A stretch of 64,000 nt of DNA, taken from an uncultured Acidobacteriota bacterium. GTDB lineage: Bacteria; Acidobacteriota; Thermoanaerobaculia; Gp7-AA8. How positions within the stretch are numbered: the stretch's first letter is position 1; every line of letters begins with the position of its first letter. Under the pieces are notes generated by a model. It saw nothing but the letters and a program-made list of their open reading frames with translations, was not told where the DNA came from and did not search any database. Of the stretch, positions 1 through 8,364 are shown piece after piece. Where the stretch lies: the NCBI GenBank assembly GCA_963822445.1, contig CAWGHO010000003.1, positions 800,001 through 864,000 of the forward strand. Direction: 5' to 3'. The translations under genes and the position numbers were made by a program.

Positions 1-699
1 GACAAGGCGGACGCACTGCGGGCCAAGCGCCGCACGGCCCTCGCCCAACTCGACAACCTCGCCCAGTCGATCTTTGTTACCATGTTCGGCGACCCCAGTA
101 CCAATCCGCAAGGCTATCCAACGATAGTCCTCGCAGCTATCGTTCGCGAAGACGATGCAATCAACTATGGTGTGGTTCAGCCTGGTGATGAGGTAGACGA
201 CGGAGTCCCTCTGATTCGCGTAAGTGATTTGGCCGGTGGGACAATCAACCATTCGGCAGTGAAGCACATTTCACCGACAATCGAGGTTGCGTATAGGCGC
301 TCTCGCCTCCGAGGCGACGAGATTCTAGTTAGCTGTGTCGGGACGATTGGGATCGTCGCGCTCGCCGATGAGACCGTGCGGGGCTTTAATATCGCCAGAG
401 CAGTCGCACGTATTCCACTGAATGATGCTGTAGATAGGATTTTTGTTGCCTCGTATCTCAGGACTACTGCTGTTCAACGCTATTTCACAAGTGAGCTTCG
501 CACGGTGAGTCAACCGACACTGAACATTAAGCAATTATCGGAAACGCAGGTCTTCTTGCCTCCGTTGCAGTTGCAGCGCGAGTATGCTCGCCGTATTAAA
601 GCGGCGGAAGCTGTGAGCGCGTCTGAACAAACAGCACTGATGCAGTGCGACGCTCTCTTCGCATCTCTACAGCACCGAGCGTTTCTGGGGCGGCTCTGA
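1..699 (+). CDS. hsdS: Type I restriction-modification specificity subunit, 5'-partial
   Basis: Frame is open from base 1 (DKADALRAKRR...LAQSIFVTMFGDP, central conserved region). Second TRD ends in QPTLNIKQL..LPPLQLQ..LFASLQHRAF. hsdR lies downstream. Confidence 0.9.
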   Translation, partial: DKADALRAKRRTALAQLDNLAQSIFVTMFGDPSTNPQGYPTIVLAAIVREDDAINYGVVQPGDEVDDGVPLIRVSDLAGGTINHSAVKHISPTIEVAYRRSRLRGDEILVSCVGTIGIVALADETVRGFNIARAVARIPLNDAVDRIFVASYLRTTAVQRYFTSELRTVSQPTLNIKQLSETQVFLPPLQLQREYARRIKAAEAVSASEQTALMQCDALFASLQHRAFLGRL

Positions 700-700
700 A

Positions 701-1633
701 ATGTCCGGCAGGCTTCAGGACGCTTGGCAGTTTGTCTGGGCTGAGATTTGGGAACCCCTTGAGGAATCGGAGGGATGGGAGCAGCTTGCCGGTGAGTCAG
801 GGTACACGCCAGACGAGCTGTACGTCGACTTGTATCTTGCGCTCGTAAAGGCTACGAGAAAGGCTCCTCAACCGCCGGTATACGATGCCACGGCAAACGA
901 TCCACGTCTCGCGCGCGACACGCTACGAACGACACGGGCAGAGAAGATGAGAAGCGAGACTGCTACTGCGCGATTCTTCGAAAGTGCTGCTGAAGTAATC
1001 GCGGAGTCGGGTAATGTGACGCTGTTTACTGATTACCGCAATCTCGTGGACAAGTTTTTGACATCTCGAAACCTGCGTTACGAACTGCTCGACCCGTTCG
1101 AGCTTCGATCTCACCTTCCAGGCGTGTTTGAGGCGTTAATGACAGACGTCACTGATGCGACTAATCGGCATCCGCAGGTGCGGCAGGCGCTGTCCGACTT
1201 CTCGCATGCGTTTCGATCCTTGCAGCGCACGCACGTGGAAGTAGACATGAAGACTTGCATCCACAAGGCAGCGATGTTGGCTGAAGCTTTGGCGAGCCTG
1301 CAGCCGGAAGCGCGGGGCAATAACTTCGGTGTAGTCTGCGACAGTCTCACCTGCTGGCCGAACTTGCTCGTCCGAGAGTCGGTTAAGAAACTTTATGAGT
1401 TCTCCTCCGACTTCCCTGGCGTCCGGCACAACATCGTGAAAAGGAAGGCGCCGCGAGAGCTTGAACTCAGAGACTCCATGATCGTTCCGCTCTTGCTTCT
1501 GACTGCGTCGGGTTATTTTGGTGGAAACAGCGAACTCCTCGACACGCTCGGTAGCCAATTGGCCGACCCGCCGCAGGAGCCTCCAGACCCGCCTGAGATA
1601 TCTCAGGGCGCCGCGGAAGTCTCGCTGCCCTAA
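701..1633 (+). CDS. Hypothetical protein with AbiJ/HEPN-like C-terminal region
   Basis: 310 aa, starts 1 nt after the hsdS stop. C-terminal KKLYEFSSDFPGVRH resembles the LYGYTSDxxGIRH motif of AbiJ-related proteins (recalled). Confidence 0.55.
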   Translation: MSGRLQDAWQFVWAEIWEPLEESEGWEQLAGESGYTPDELYVDLYLALVKATRKAPQPPVYDATANDPRLARDTLRTTRAEKMRSETATARFFESAAEVIAESGNVTLFTDYRNLVDKFLTSRNLRYELLDPFELRSHLPGVFEALMTDVTDATNRHPQVRQALSDFSHAFRSLQRTHVEVDMKTCIHKAAMLAEALASLQPEARGNNFGVVCDSLTCWPNLLVRESVKKLYEFSSDFPGVRHNIVKRKAPRELELRDSMIVPLLLLTASGYFGGNSELLDTLGSQLADPPQEPPDPPEISQGAAEVSLP

Positions 1634-1649
1634 GAGCGAAGCGCGCGGC

Positions 1650-1690
1650 CCATGGAGGGCGTCGACGAAAAAGATCCTTTCGGGCTCACG
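1650..1690 (-). pseudogene. Possible N-terminal remnant of a PIN (VapC45-like) toxin
   Basis: At the DUF433 stop, the minus strand reads ...EPERIFFVDA, like the start of PIN-like toxins (FFxD), then loses similarity at the convergent gene. Confidence 0.35.
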
Positions 1691-2444
1691 CCGCTTCGTA
1701 GCGGAGTGCTTCTTCGATTTCCGCCACGGGGCGATCGTAGTCCTCCGCCAGGTAGGTGATCGAGTCGCCGGCCTTCCAGCGCTCGTGCAGCACGGCCGTC
1801 GGAATCGACGTGCCGGCGATGACTGGCCTGCCAAAGGAAACCGGATCGATCGCGACGAGGCGAGGAGCATCATCGAGGCTCGGCCGCGTGAAGGGGTACA
1901 GACGGATCGCACCGCCGGCACCGTTCTCCACCCGCGACAGATACATCTCCAAGGCTGCGCGGATGCCGAGCTGACCGCCACGCGATGCATCGACCAGGAG
2001 GCCGTGACGGTCGGCGTACAAGTCCCGATTCAGCACCGCCAGCTCGAGTTGTGCGAGCGGGTGCGTGAGCTTCGGATACTGCCAACGCGGTTCTTCGACA
2101 GCGACCCGTACCCGCTGGAACGACATCCGATGCTCCTCGCGCAGTCCCTTCAGAACGAACGCTTCGACCAGATTCCAGAACGACATCTGCTCCGCGTTGC
2201 CGTCAGGCAGGAGCAGTGCCCCCTCCCGAAACCAGGAGCCGAGCGTGGAGACATTCAACCCGAGGTAGTGAGCCGCCTCGACAAGCGGATACGCCGGCAA
2301 CGATCTCGGATCGGCACCCTGGTAAATATCCTTCGTCTTCGTGATCCGGGTGATGGCGGCTGCCTCCTTTCCGACGATAACACGCTGCCTGAGGAGCGGG
2401 CTTCCCGCCTCCGCTGCAGCCAAGTGAGAGTTGCCCATCCGCAA
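1686..2444 (-). CDS. HTH + DUF433 antitoxin (VapB45-like); true start probably ~100 nt downstream of the ORF start
   Basis: DPRSLPAYPLVEAAHYLGL HTH, MSFWNLVEA, C-terminal IDPVSFGRPVIAGTSIPT...AEDYD..EIEEALRYE. Confidence 0.8.
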   Translation of the reverse strand: MRMGNSHLAAAEAGSPLLRQRVIVGKEAAAITRITKTKDIYQGADPRSLPAYPLVEAAHYLGLNVSTLGSWFREGALLLPDGNAEQMSFWNLVEAFVLKGLREEHRMSFQRVRVAVEEPRWQYPKLTHPLAQLELAVLNRDLYADRHGLLVDASRGGQLGIRAALEMYLSRVENGAGGAIRLYPFTRPSLDDAPRLVAIDPVSFGRPVIAGTSIPTAVLHERWKAGDSITYLAEDYDRPVAEIEEALRYEAA

Positions 2445-2527
2445 GGCTGGCTATCATATGCAGCGTCCCCACGTCCATGTAACAGCGAGGCGCATCACAT
2501 GTCGGCTTCGGAAGGATACGCACAGGA

Positions 2528-5500
2528 TTGAGCCAGTTCTCCTTCGTGGCGCACGAGTGGCCGGAGATCTTCGACGCTGCCGTGCGCGCCGAGGACACCG
2601 CGCGACCCGACCCTCGGACGTCGTGCTTCTATGCGCGGCGGGCGCTGGAGCTGGCCGTCGTCTGGCTCTACAAACACGACCCGGCTCTGAAGCTGCCGTA
2701 TCAGGAGCAGCTCGCGGCACTGATCCACGATCCGACCTTCAAACAAAGCGTTGGTCCGGCGCTTTTTGCCAAAGCGCGTCTCATCAAAGACCTCGGCAAT
2801 CTCGCGGCTCACAGCCCCAAACCGCTGCAGGAAAAGGATTCGCTACGGGCCACCGAAGACCTTTTCCATTTCGTGTTCTGGATGGCCCGCACGTATGGGC
2901 GTGGATCAGTGCCACCCGATGCGGTCTCGTTCAATGTCTCGATGCTTCCGGGCGAAGCGGTGTCGCCACAGAGCGTCGCCCAGATTCAGAAGCTGGAAAG
3001 CGACCTCGCTGCACGAGACGAGAAGCTGTACGAGCTGGTCGCCGACCGGCAAAACATCGACGCCGAGTTGCAGCGCCTCCGTGACGAGATCGCGGCGGTC
3101 AAGGCGGCGAATAGTGCTCGGCCCGACACGCACGATTACTCCGAGGCGGAGACACGCGACTATTTCATCGATCTGCTGCTGAAGGAGGCGGGATGGTCGC
3201 TGAACGGTCCGCACGACGTCGAGCTCGAAGTTAGCGGAATGCCGACCAGGGATGGGAGGGACGACGGCACCGGCTTCGTCGACTACGTCCTGTGGGGCGA
3301 CGACGGCAAACCTCTGGGCCTGGTTGAGGCCAAGCGGACCCGCAAGGACTCACGAATCGGCCAGCAACAGGCGAAGCTCTACGCCGACTGTCTGGAGAAA
3401 CGTTATGGCCAGCGACCGGTGATCTTCACGTCGAACGGCTACGAGCACTGGATCTGGGACGATGTTTCGTATCCGCCTCGGCCGGTGCAGGGTTTCTACA
3501 AGAAAGACGAGCTGGAGCTGCTGATCCAGCGGCGCACGACGCGCAGGCCGCTCGCCACGGCGGACATCAACGAGGCGATCGTGGAGCGCTACTACCAGAC
3601 CCGGGCGATCCGCAAGATCACCGAGGCGTTCGAAGGCGACAACGACCGGAAGGCGCTGCTGGTGATGGCCACCGGCGCCGGCAAGACCCGCACGGTCATC
3701 GCCCTTTGCGATGTCCTGATGCGCTGCAACTGGGTCAAGCGGGTGCTCTTTCTCGCCGACCGAAAGGCGCTCGTGCGTCAGGCGGTGAGGGCGTTCGCGA
3801 AACACCTTCCCAGCTCTTCGCCGGTGAACCTGGTCACCGAAAAAGAAACCGAGGGACGGGTGTTCGTGTCGACGTATCCCACGATGATGGGGCTGATCGA
3901 CGAGACCCAGGATGGTCTCCGCCGTTTCGGCCCTGGTCATTTCGACCTAATCGTGATCGACGAGGCGCACCGGTCTGTCTACAAGAAATACGGCGCCATC
4001 TTCGAGTACTTCGACTCGCTGCTTGTCGGCCTGACCGCTACGCCCAAAGACGAAGTCGATCGCGACACCTACAAGCTGTTCGACCTCGAGCGCGGTGTGC
4101 CGACCGATGCCTATGATCTGGCGACGGCGGTCGCGGACCGTGTGCTGGTTCCCGCGAAGCCGGTCGCCGTGCCGATCAAATTCGTGCAGCAGGGCATCAC
4201 CTACAACGACCTGCCCGAAGAAGAGAAAGAGCTGTGGGATGAGATCGAGTGGGACGAGAGCGGCCAGGTGCCGGCTCGCGTGGAAGCGGGAGCGATCAAC
4301 CAGTGGCTGATGAATGAGGACACGGTCGACAAGGTGCTCGCGCACCTGATGACGCGCGGGGTCAAGGTGGCCGGCGGCGACCGCCTCGGCAAGACGATCG
4401 TCTTCGCCAAGAACCACGCTCATGCGCTCTATATCGCCGAACGTTTCGACGTGAACTATCCGCAGTTCAAGGGAGAGTTCGCGCGCGTGATCGACAACCA
4501 CATCACGTATGCGGAGTCGCTCATCGCCGAGTTCGAGAAACCGTCGAAAGCGCCGCACATTGCCATCTCCGTCGACATGCTCGACACCGGGATCGACATC
4601 CCGGAAGTCGTGAACCTGGTTTTCTTCAAGATCGTCCGATCGAAGACGAAGTTCTGGCAGATGGTCGGGCGCGGGACGCGGCTCTCCCCCGATCTGCTTG
4701 GGCCTGGGCAGGACAAGGAGTTCTTCTCCCTCTTCGACTACTGCGACAACCTCGCATTCTTCGGGGCGAATGCTGAAGGCATCGAGAGCAAGGCTGCCGA
4801 CTCGCTCAGTACGAGGCTGTTCAAGTACCGGCTGGAGCTGGTGGAGGAGCTCGACCGGCGTTTCCATCAGCATGGTTTCGAGCCGGCGTCGGACGAAGTA
4901 GCAGATGCTGCGGAGCCGTATGAAGGATTTCTCGCTGAGTATCGTCTGCGGCTGGATGTCACGGGCCGCCTGCGCACTGAGATCGAGGCGATGAACGTCG
5001 ACAACTTCGTCGTCCGGCCGCAGCGGCGCCTGGTGGAGAAATGGCGCGGCATCGATGCGTGGAAGAACCTCACCAGCGCTGACCTGGAACAGCTCGCGCA
5101 CGGACTGGCGTCGCTGCCCAACGAGCTCCCGAGCGAAGAGGAGGAGGCGAAGCGCTTCGACTCGCTCTTGCTTCGCCTTCAACTCGCGCGGCTGCAAGGG
5201 GACCATCGCTTCGTCAGGCTGGCCGAGCAACTGCGCAAGATCGCCGGGCTGCTGGAGGAGAAGAAGAACATCCCCATGATCCGGGCCGAGCTGCCGCTCA
5301 TCCTCGAGCTGCAGAGCGACGAGTGGTGGCGGGACACGACCGTGGCGATGTTCGAGAACGTCCGCAAGCGCCTCCGTTCGCTGGTTTGCCTGATCGAGAA
5401 GAAGGACCGTCGCGTCATCTACACCGACTTCGAGGACGAGATGGGGGAGGAGGTCGAGGTAGACCTGGTGCCGTTTGCGTCCACGGTCGATGTCGAGCGC

Positions 5501-5959
5501 GTTCGGGCAAAAGCGCGGCAATATCTTCGCTCGCGCGAAGACGACCTGGTACTGCGCAAAGTCCGGATGAACAAACCGCTGACCGAGGGTGATCTCGCGG
5601 AACTGGAGCGAATTCTTCTGGAGAGTGGGGCCGGATCTGCCGAAGAGATCCGGCGAGTCGCCGAGGCGAGTCACGGCTTCGGCCTTTTCGTGCGATCTCT
5701 GGTGGGCCTGGATCGAGGTGCGGCGAAAGAGGCATTCGCTGTATTTCTCAGCGGAAAGACACTCACCGCCAATCAGATCGAGTTCGTGAACATGATCGTC
5801 GATCATCTCACCGAGAACGGCGCGATGGATCCCGCCCTGCTGTATTCATCGCCGTACACAGACTTCAGTCCACGCGGAGTGGATGGTGTCTTCGGGGCGC
5901 CCGATGCCGCGCAGATCGTATCGATCCTGCGATCGGTGTCGGAAACGGCAGCAGCCTGA
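2528..5959 (+). CDS. hsdR: Type I restriction endonuclease subunit R (EcoAI/EcoEI-like, N-terminal DUF4145)
   Basis: VDYVL..LVEAKR nuclease motif, MATGAGKT Walker A, DEAH, LTATP, QMVGRGTR, EcoEI-R-like C-terminus. TTG start. Confidence 0.95.
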   Translation: MSQFSFVAHEWPEIFDAAVRAEDTARPDPRTSCFYARRALELAVVWLYKHDPALKLPYQEQLAALIHDPTFKQSVGPALFAKARLIKDLGNLAAHSPKPLQEKDSLRATEDLFHFVFWMARTYGRGSVPPDAVSFNVSMLPGEAVSPQSVAQIQKLESDLAARDEKLYELVADRQNIDAELQRLRDEIAAVKAANSARPDTHDYSEAETRDYFIDLLLKEAGWSLNGPHDVELEVSGMPTRDGRDDGTGFVDYVLWGDDGKPLGLVEAKRTRKDSRIGQQQAKLYADCLEKRYGQRPVIFTSNGYEHWIWDDVSYPPRPVQGFYKKDELELLIQRRTTRRPLATADINEAIVERYYQTRAIRKITEAFEGDNDRKALLVMATGAGKTRTVIALCDVLMRCNWVKRVLFLADRKALVRQAVRAFAKHLPSSSPVNLVTEKETEGRVFVSTYPTMMGLIDETQDGLRRFGPGHFDLIVIDEAHRSVYKKYGAIFEYFDSLLVGLTATPKDEVDRDTYKLFDLERGVPTDAYDLATAVADRVLVPAKPVAVPIKFVQQGITYNDLPEEEKELWDEIEWDESGQVPARVEAGAINQWLMNEDTVDKVLAHLMTRGVKVAGGDRLGKTIVFAKNHAHALYIAERFDVNYPQFKGEFARVIDNHITYAESLIAEFEKPSKAPHIAISVDMLDTGIDIPEVVNLVFFKIVRSKTKFWQMVGRGTRLSPDLLGPGQDKEFFSLFDYCDNLAFFGANAEGIESKAADSLSTRLFKYRLELVEELDRRFHQHGFEPASDEVADAAEPYEGFLAEYRLRLDVTGRLRTEIEAMNVDNFVVRPQRRLVEKWRGIDAWKNLTSADLEQLAHGLASLPNELPSEEEEAKRFDSLLLRLQLARLQGDHRFVRLAEQLRKIAGLLEEKKNIPMIRAELPLILELQSDEWWRDTTVAMFENVRKRLRSLVCLIEKKDRRVIYTDFEDEMGEEVEVDLVPFASTVDVERVRAKARQYLRSREDDLVLRKVRMNKPLTEGDLAELERILLESGAGSAEEIRRVAEASHGFGLFVRSLVGLDRGAAKEAFAVFLSGKTLTANQIEFVNMIVDHLTENGAMDPALLYSSPYTDFSPRGVDGVFGAPDAAQIVSILRSVSETAAA

Positions 5960-6025
5960 GTGCGGCGTTTCCACACGCCGTAGAACTTTGGGTCTTCTTG
6001 TGCGATCCGAGGGAACCTCGGTTTT

Positions 6026-6706
6026 GTGCAGGATCACGTGAGCATCGCCGACATGCCCGTTGACGAACGCCCGCGCGAGAGGATGGCGCGTGGCGGTGCG
6101 GTGGCGCTGTCGGATGCGGAGCTCGTCGCACTGCTCATCGAGCCGGGGCGCCGCGGCAAGAGCTCTCTAGACATTGCCCGGGAAGTTGTCGCCGATGGGC
6201 TTCTTGCAGTGGCGCGGCGAGATTGGATACCCGGCAAGGCCGTCGGCAGCCTCGGTGCAAGCCGAGTCGCGCGAATCGGGGCGGCACTCGAGCTCGGCCG
6301 GCGAATCGCCGCGCTATCAGTTACCGGCGCGGAACCCGTTCGCGATGTCGCGGTACTCGCGCAGCGACTCATCGCGCGATATGCCCATCGTGTTCAGGAA
6401 ACATTTGGCGCGATCTACCTCGACGCGCGCCACCGCATCTTGAGTGAGCGCGAGATTTACGTCGGGACACTTACGTCCGCCAGCGTTTCGCCGCGCGACG
6501 TGTTCCGGTGGGCACTGCACGACAACGCCGCGGCGGTGATCGTCTTTCACAATCATCCGTCCGGTGATCCCTCGCCATCACCGCAGGACCTTGTCTTCAC
6601 CGCGAGACTTGTCGAGATCGGGCGAGCGTTGGGTGTCGACGTACCGGACCACATCATCGTGGCGGGAAGTGCGTTCCTCTCGTTCAAGCAGCGCAATCTG
6701 ATGTGA
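6026..6706 (+). CDS. radC: RadC family JAB/MPN domain protein
   Basis: ERPRERM..G..ALSDAELVALL N-terminus and intact JAMM motif HNHPSGDPSPSPQD..DHII. Confidence 0.92.
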   Translation: MQDHVSIADMPVDERPRERMARGGAVALSDAELVALLIEPGRRGKSSLDIAREVVADGLLAVARRDWIPGKAVGSLGASRVARIGAALELGRRIAALSVTGAEPVRDVAVLAQRLIARYAHRVQETFGAIYLDARHRILSEREIYVGTLTSASVSPRDVFRWALHDNAAAVIVFHNHPSGDPSPSPQDLVFTARLVEIGRALGVDVPDHIIVAGSAFLSFKQRNLM

Positions 6707-6768
6707 ATGCTCCTGGTCATCGCCCCACTTTTTGAGGGCGACCGTGTCGTTACTAGAGGAGGAACGCA

Positions 6769-6969
6769 ATGAATCGCTATTACGTGAACAAGAACGCCCA
6801 GTCCAACGGAGACCATGAGGTGCATCGCGACGGCTGTTCCTACATGCCGTCCAGTCGTATCGATCTCGGACTCTTCAACAATTGTCAGGACGCGGTGCGT
6901 GAGGCGAAGAAGCACTATTCACAAGTGAATGGTTGTGCGTACTGCGCCGCAACATGTCACACGCAGTAA
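6769..6969 (+). CDS. Small Cys/His-rich putative metal-binding protein (66 aa)
   Basis: Strong SD (GAGGAG) upstream. YYVNKNAQSNGDHEVH..C...C...GCAYC...CH. Confidence 0.8.
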   Translation: MNRYYVNKNAQSNGDHEVHRDGCSYMPSSRIDLGLFNNCQDAVREAKKHYSQVNGCAYCAATCHTQ

Positions 6970-7703
6970 GTCTCGAGCGATTTCTTCGCCCACGTCGCCC
7001 AGAGGTCCATGGAAGGAAGGAAGAAGTAGCCATCAGCATCCTGACCAACGGCTTCAGCCGTCCCCGCGGCTGCGAATGCCGCCGTGAGCACGCAAACGAG
7101 GGCTGCTCGAATGTCGTGGTCCTTCTCCGCTTCGCAGCGAGCGGCGATCTCATCGGAAAGTTGAGCGGCAGCAACGACGGGAGCGAACAGCCCGCGATCG
7201 ATCCAGCGGTCGTACAGCCAGTCGAACTTGCCACCGCGTTTGACCTTGGTCGCGATGGCGTAATCCTCGTCTGGCACGACGACTCCGAGAAAGGCGTTCG
7301 GAAATGCCTCGACGATCGGCGCATCCGGCCAGATCCGTTGCAGCGGATGTATCGACGGCTGGAAGGAGCTTGCTGCGAGCAGTTGCTCCGCGGCGCGCCG
7401 GCCGTGCTCGCGCAAGAGCTGTCCCGTACCGCGGATGTGGGACATGCCGGGCTTGCAGCGCTTCTGAAAGAGGCCACGGCTGAACACGCGCTCGCAATGG
7501 CGAGGAATGGTGTCGGCCGTTCCGGGCGGCAGCAGCGGAGCGTCGATTGCGACCACGTCGACGTCTCTGAGTGACCGTAACGCCGCGTCCCGCTCACCGA
7601 CGGTCAAGCGTTCTGCGCGAATCAGCCTGCCGTCCCGAACAACTGCAATGCCGTTGCTGCGGCGCCGTTCTGAGAAGCCGATGTCGACGCCTACGAGGTG
7701 CAT
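6957..7703 (-). CDS. DUF429 family predicted nuclease (RNase H fold)
   Basis: LVGVDIG, VVAIDAPL, VEAFP and acidic C-terminal DHD motifs. Confidence 0.75.
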   Translation of the reverse strand: MHLVGVDIGFSERRRSNGIAVVRDGRLIRAERLTVGERDAALRSLRDVDVVAIDAPLLPPGTADTIPRHCERVFSRGLFQKRCKPGMSHIRGTGQLLREHGRRAAEQLLAASSFQPSIHPLQRIWPDAPIVEAFPNAFLGVVVPDEDYAIATKVKRGGKFDWLYDRWIDRGLFAPVVAAAQLSDEIAARCEAEKDHDIRAALVCVLTAAFAAAGTAEAVGQDADGYFFLPSMDLWATWAKKSLETYCV

Positions 7704-7789
7704 GCCTGTAAGCGTAACCTCGCTAACCGACTCCCGCGAATTTAACGGTGCTGTCGTTCCGCCTCTAGGCTGCGCGGCGGGGAACGGAC

Positions 7790-8022
7790 ATGGCGCTCTG
7801 GATGCTGCGTGCGGGACGGCATGGCGAGTACGAAGATAGGTTTCTGTCCACGTCGAGGATTTATCTGACGTGGGGTGACACGATTCCGAACGACGCGCGC
7901 GGATTCACCTCGCGCGCCGACGTCGTTCAGACGTTACGTGAACGTTGGCCAAACGCGTCCGAAGGCAAATCCGAAACCCCGCAGGCCAGCTCTGAGCTTT
8001 CCTGCGGACGATGAAGCCGGAC
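7790..8022 (+). pseudogene. Truncated Mrr-like restriction system protein (N-terminal fragment)
   Basis: MALWMLRAGRHGEYEDRFL...IYLTW. After a frameshift near 7968 it continues IRNPAGQL*AFLRTMKP with TGA at 7993-7995 where Trp is expected. No nuclease domain follows. Confidence 0.7.
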
Positions 8023-8364
8023 CAGTTCTGACTCAGGTCTGGGGGCTGTCCCGTTTCCCGATGTACGGTGGCAGCGGTCCGACCCGGCCAGTAACGCTAT
8101 CGAGAATCTGTCGTTGGCCAGGTCTAGCTCAGATACGCGGCAGATTCTTCGCCGCCACCTTTCTTTGCAATGGGTGTCTCTTACCTGAGGGAGCTCGTTA
8201 CCTCATGAACGCGCTGTTAGCGTCGGCGCTTCCGTATCCGCCGGATCGCAATGTTAAGGTTTAGGCCAGAAAGCATGAAAGACGTCGGGATGGCCGTTTT
8301 TGCGGTACCCTGACCTGCCGCGTGCTCAGCACACGCGCAATTCCCTTAACCGAGGTCACTTCAT

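Noticed and set aside
3947-5806. 619-aa antisense ORF and similar long ORFs (13583-15529, 24288-26507, 40971-42944, 43536-45272, 46746-48272)
   Set aside because: Shadow frames of well-supported genes, expected in high-GC DNA, with no motifs.
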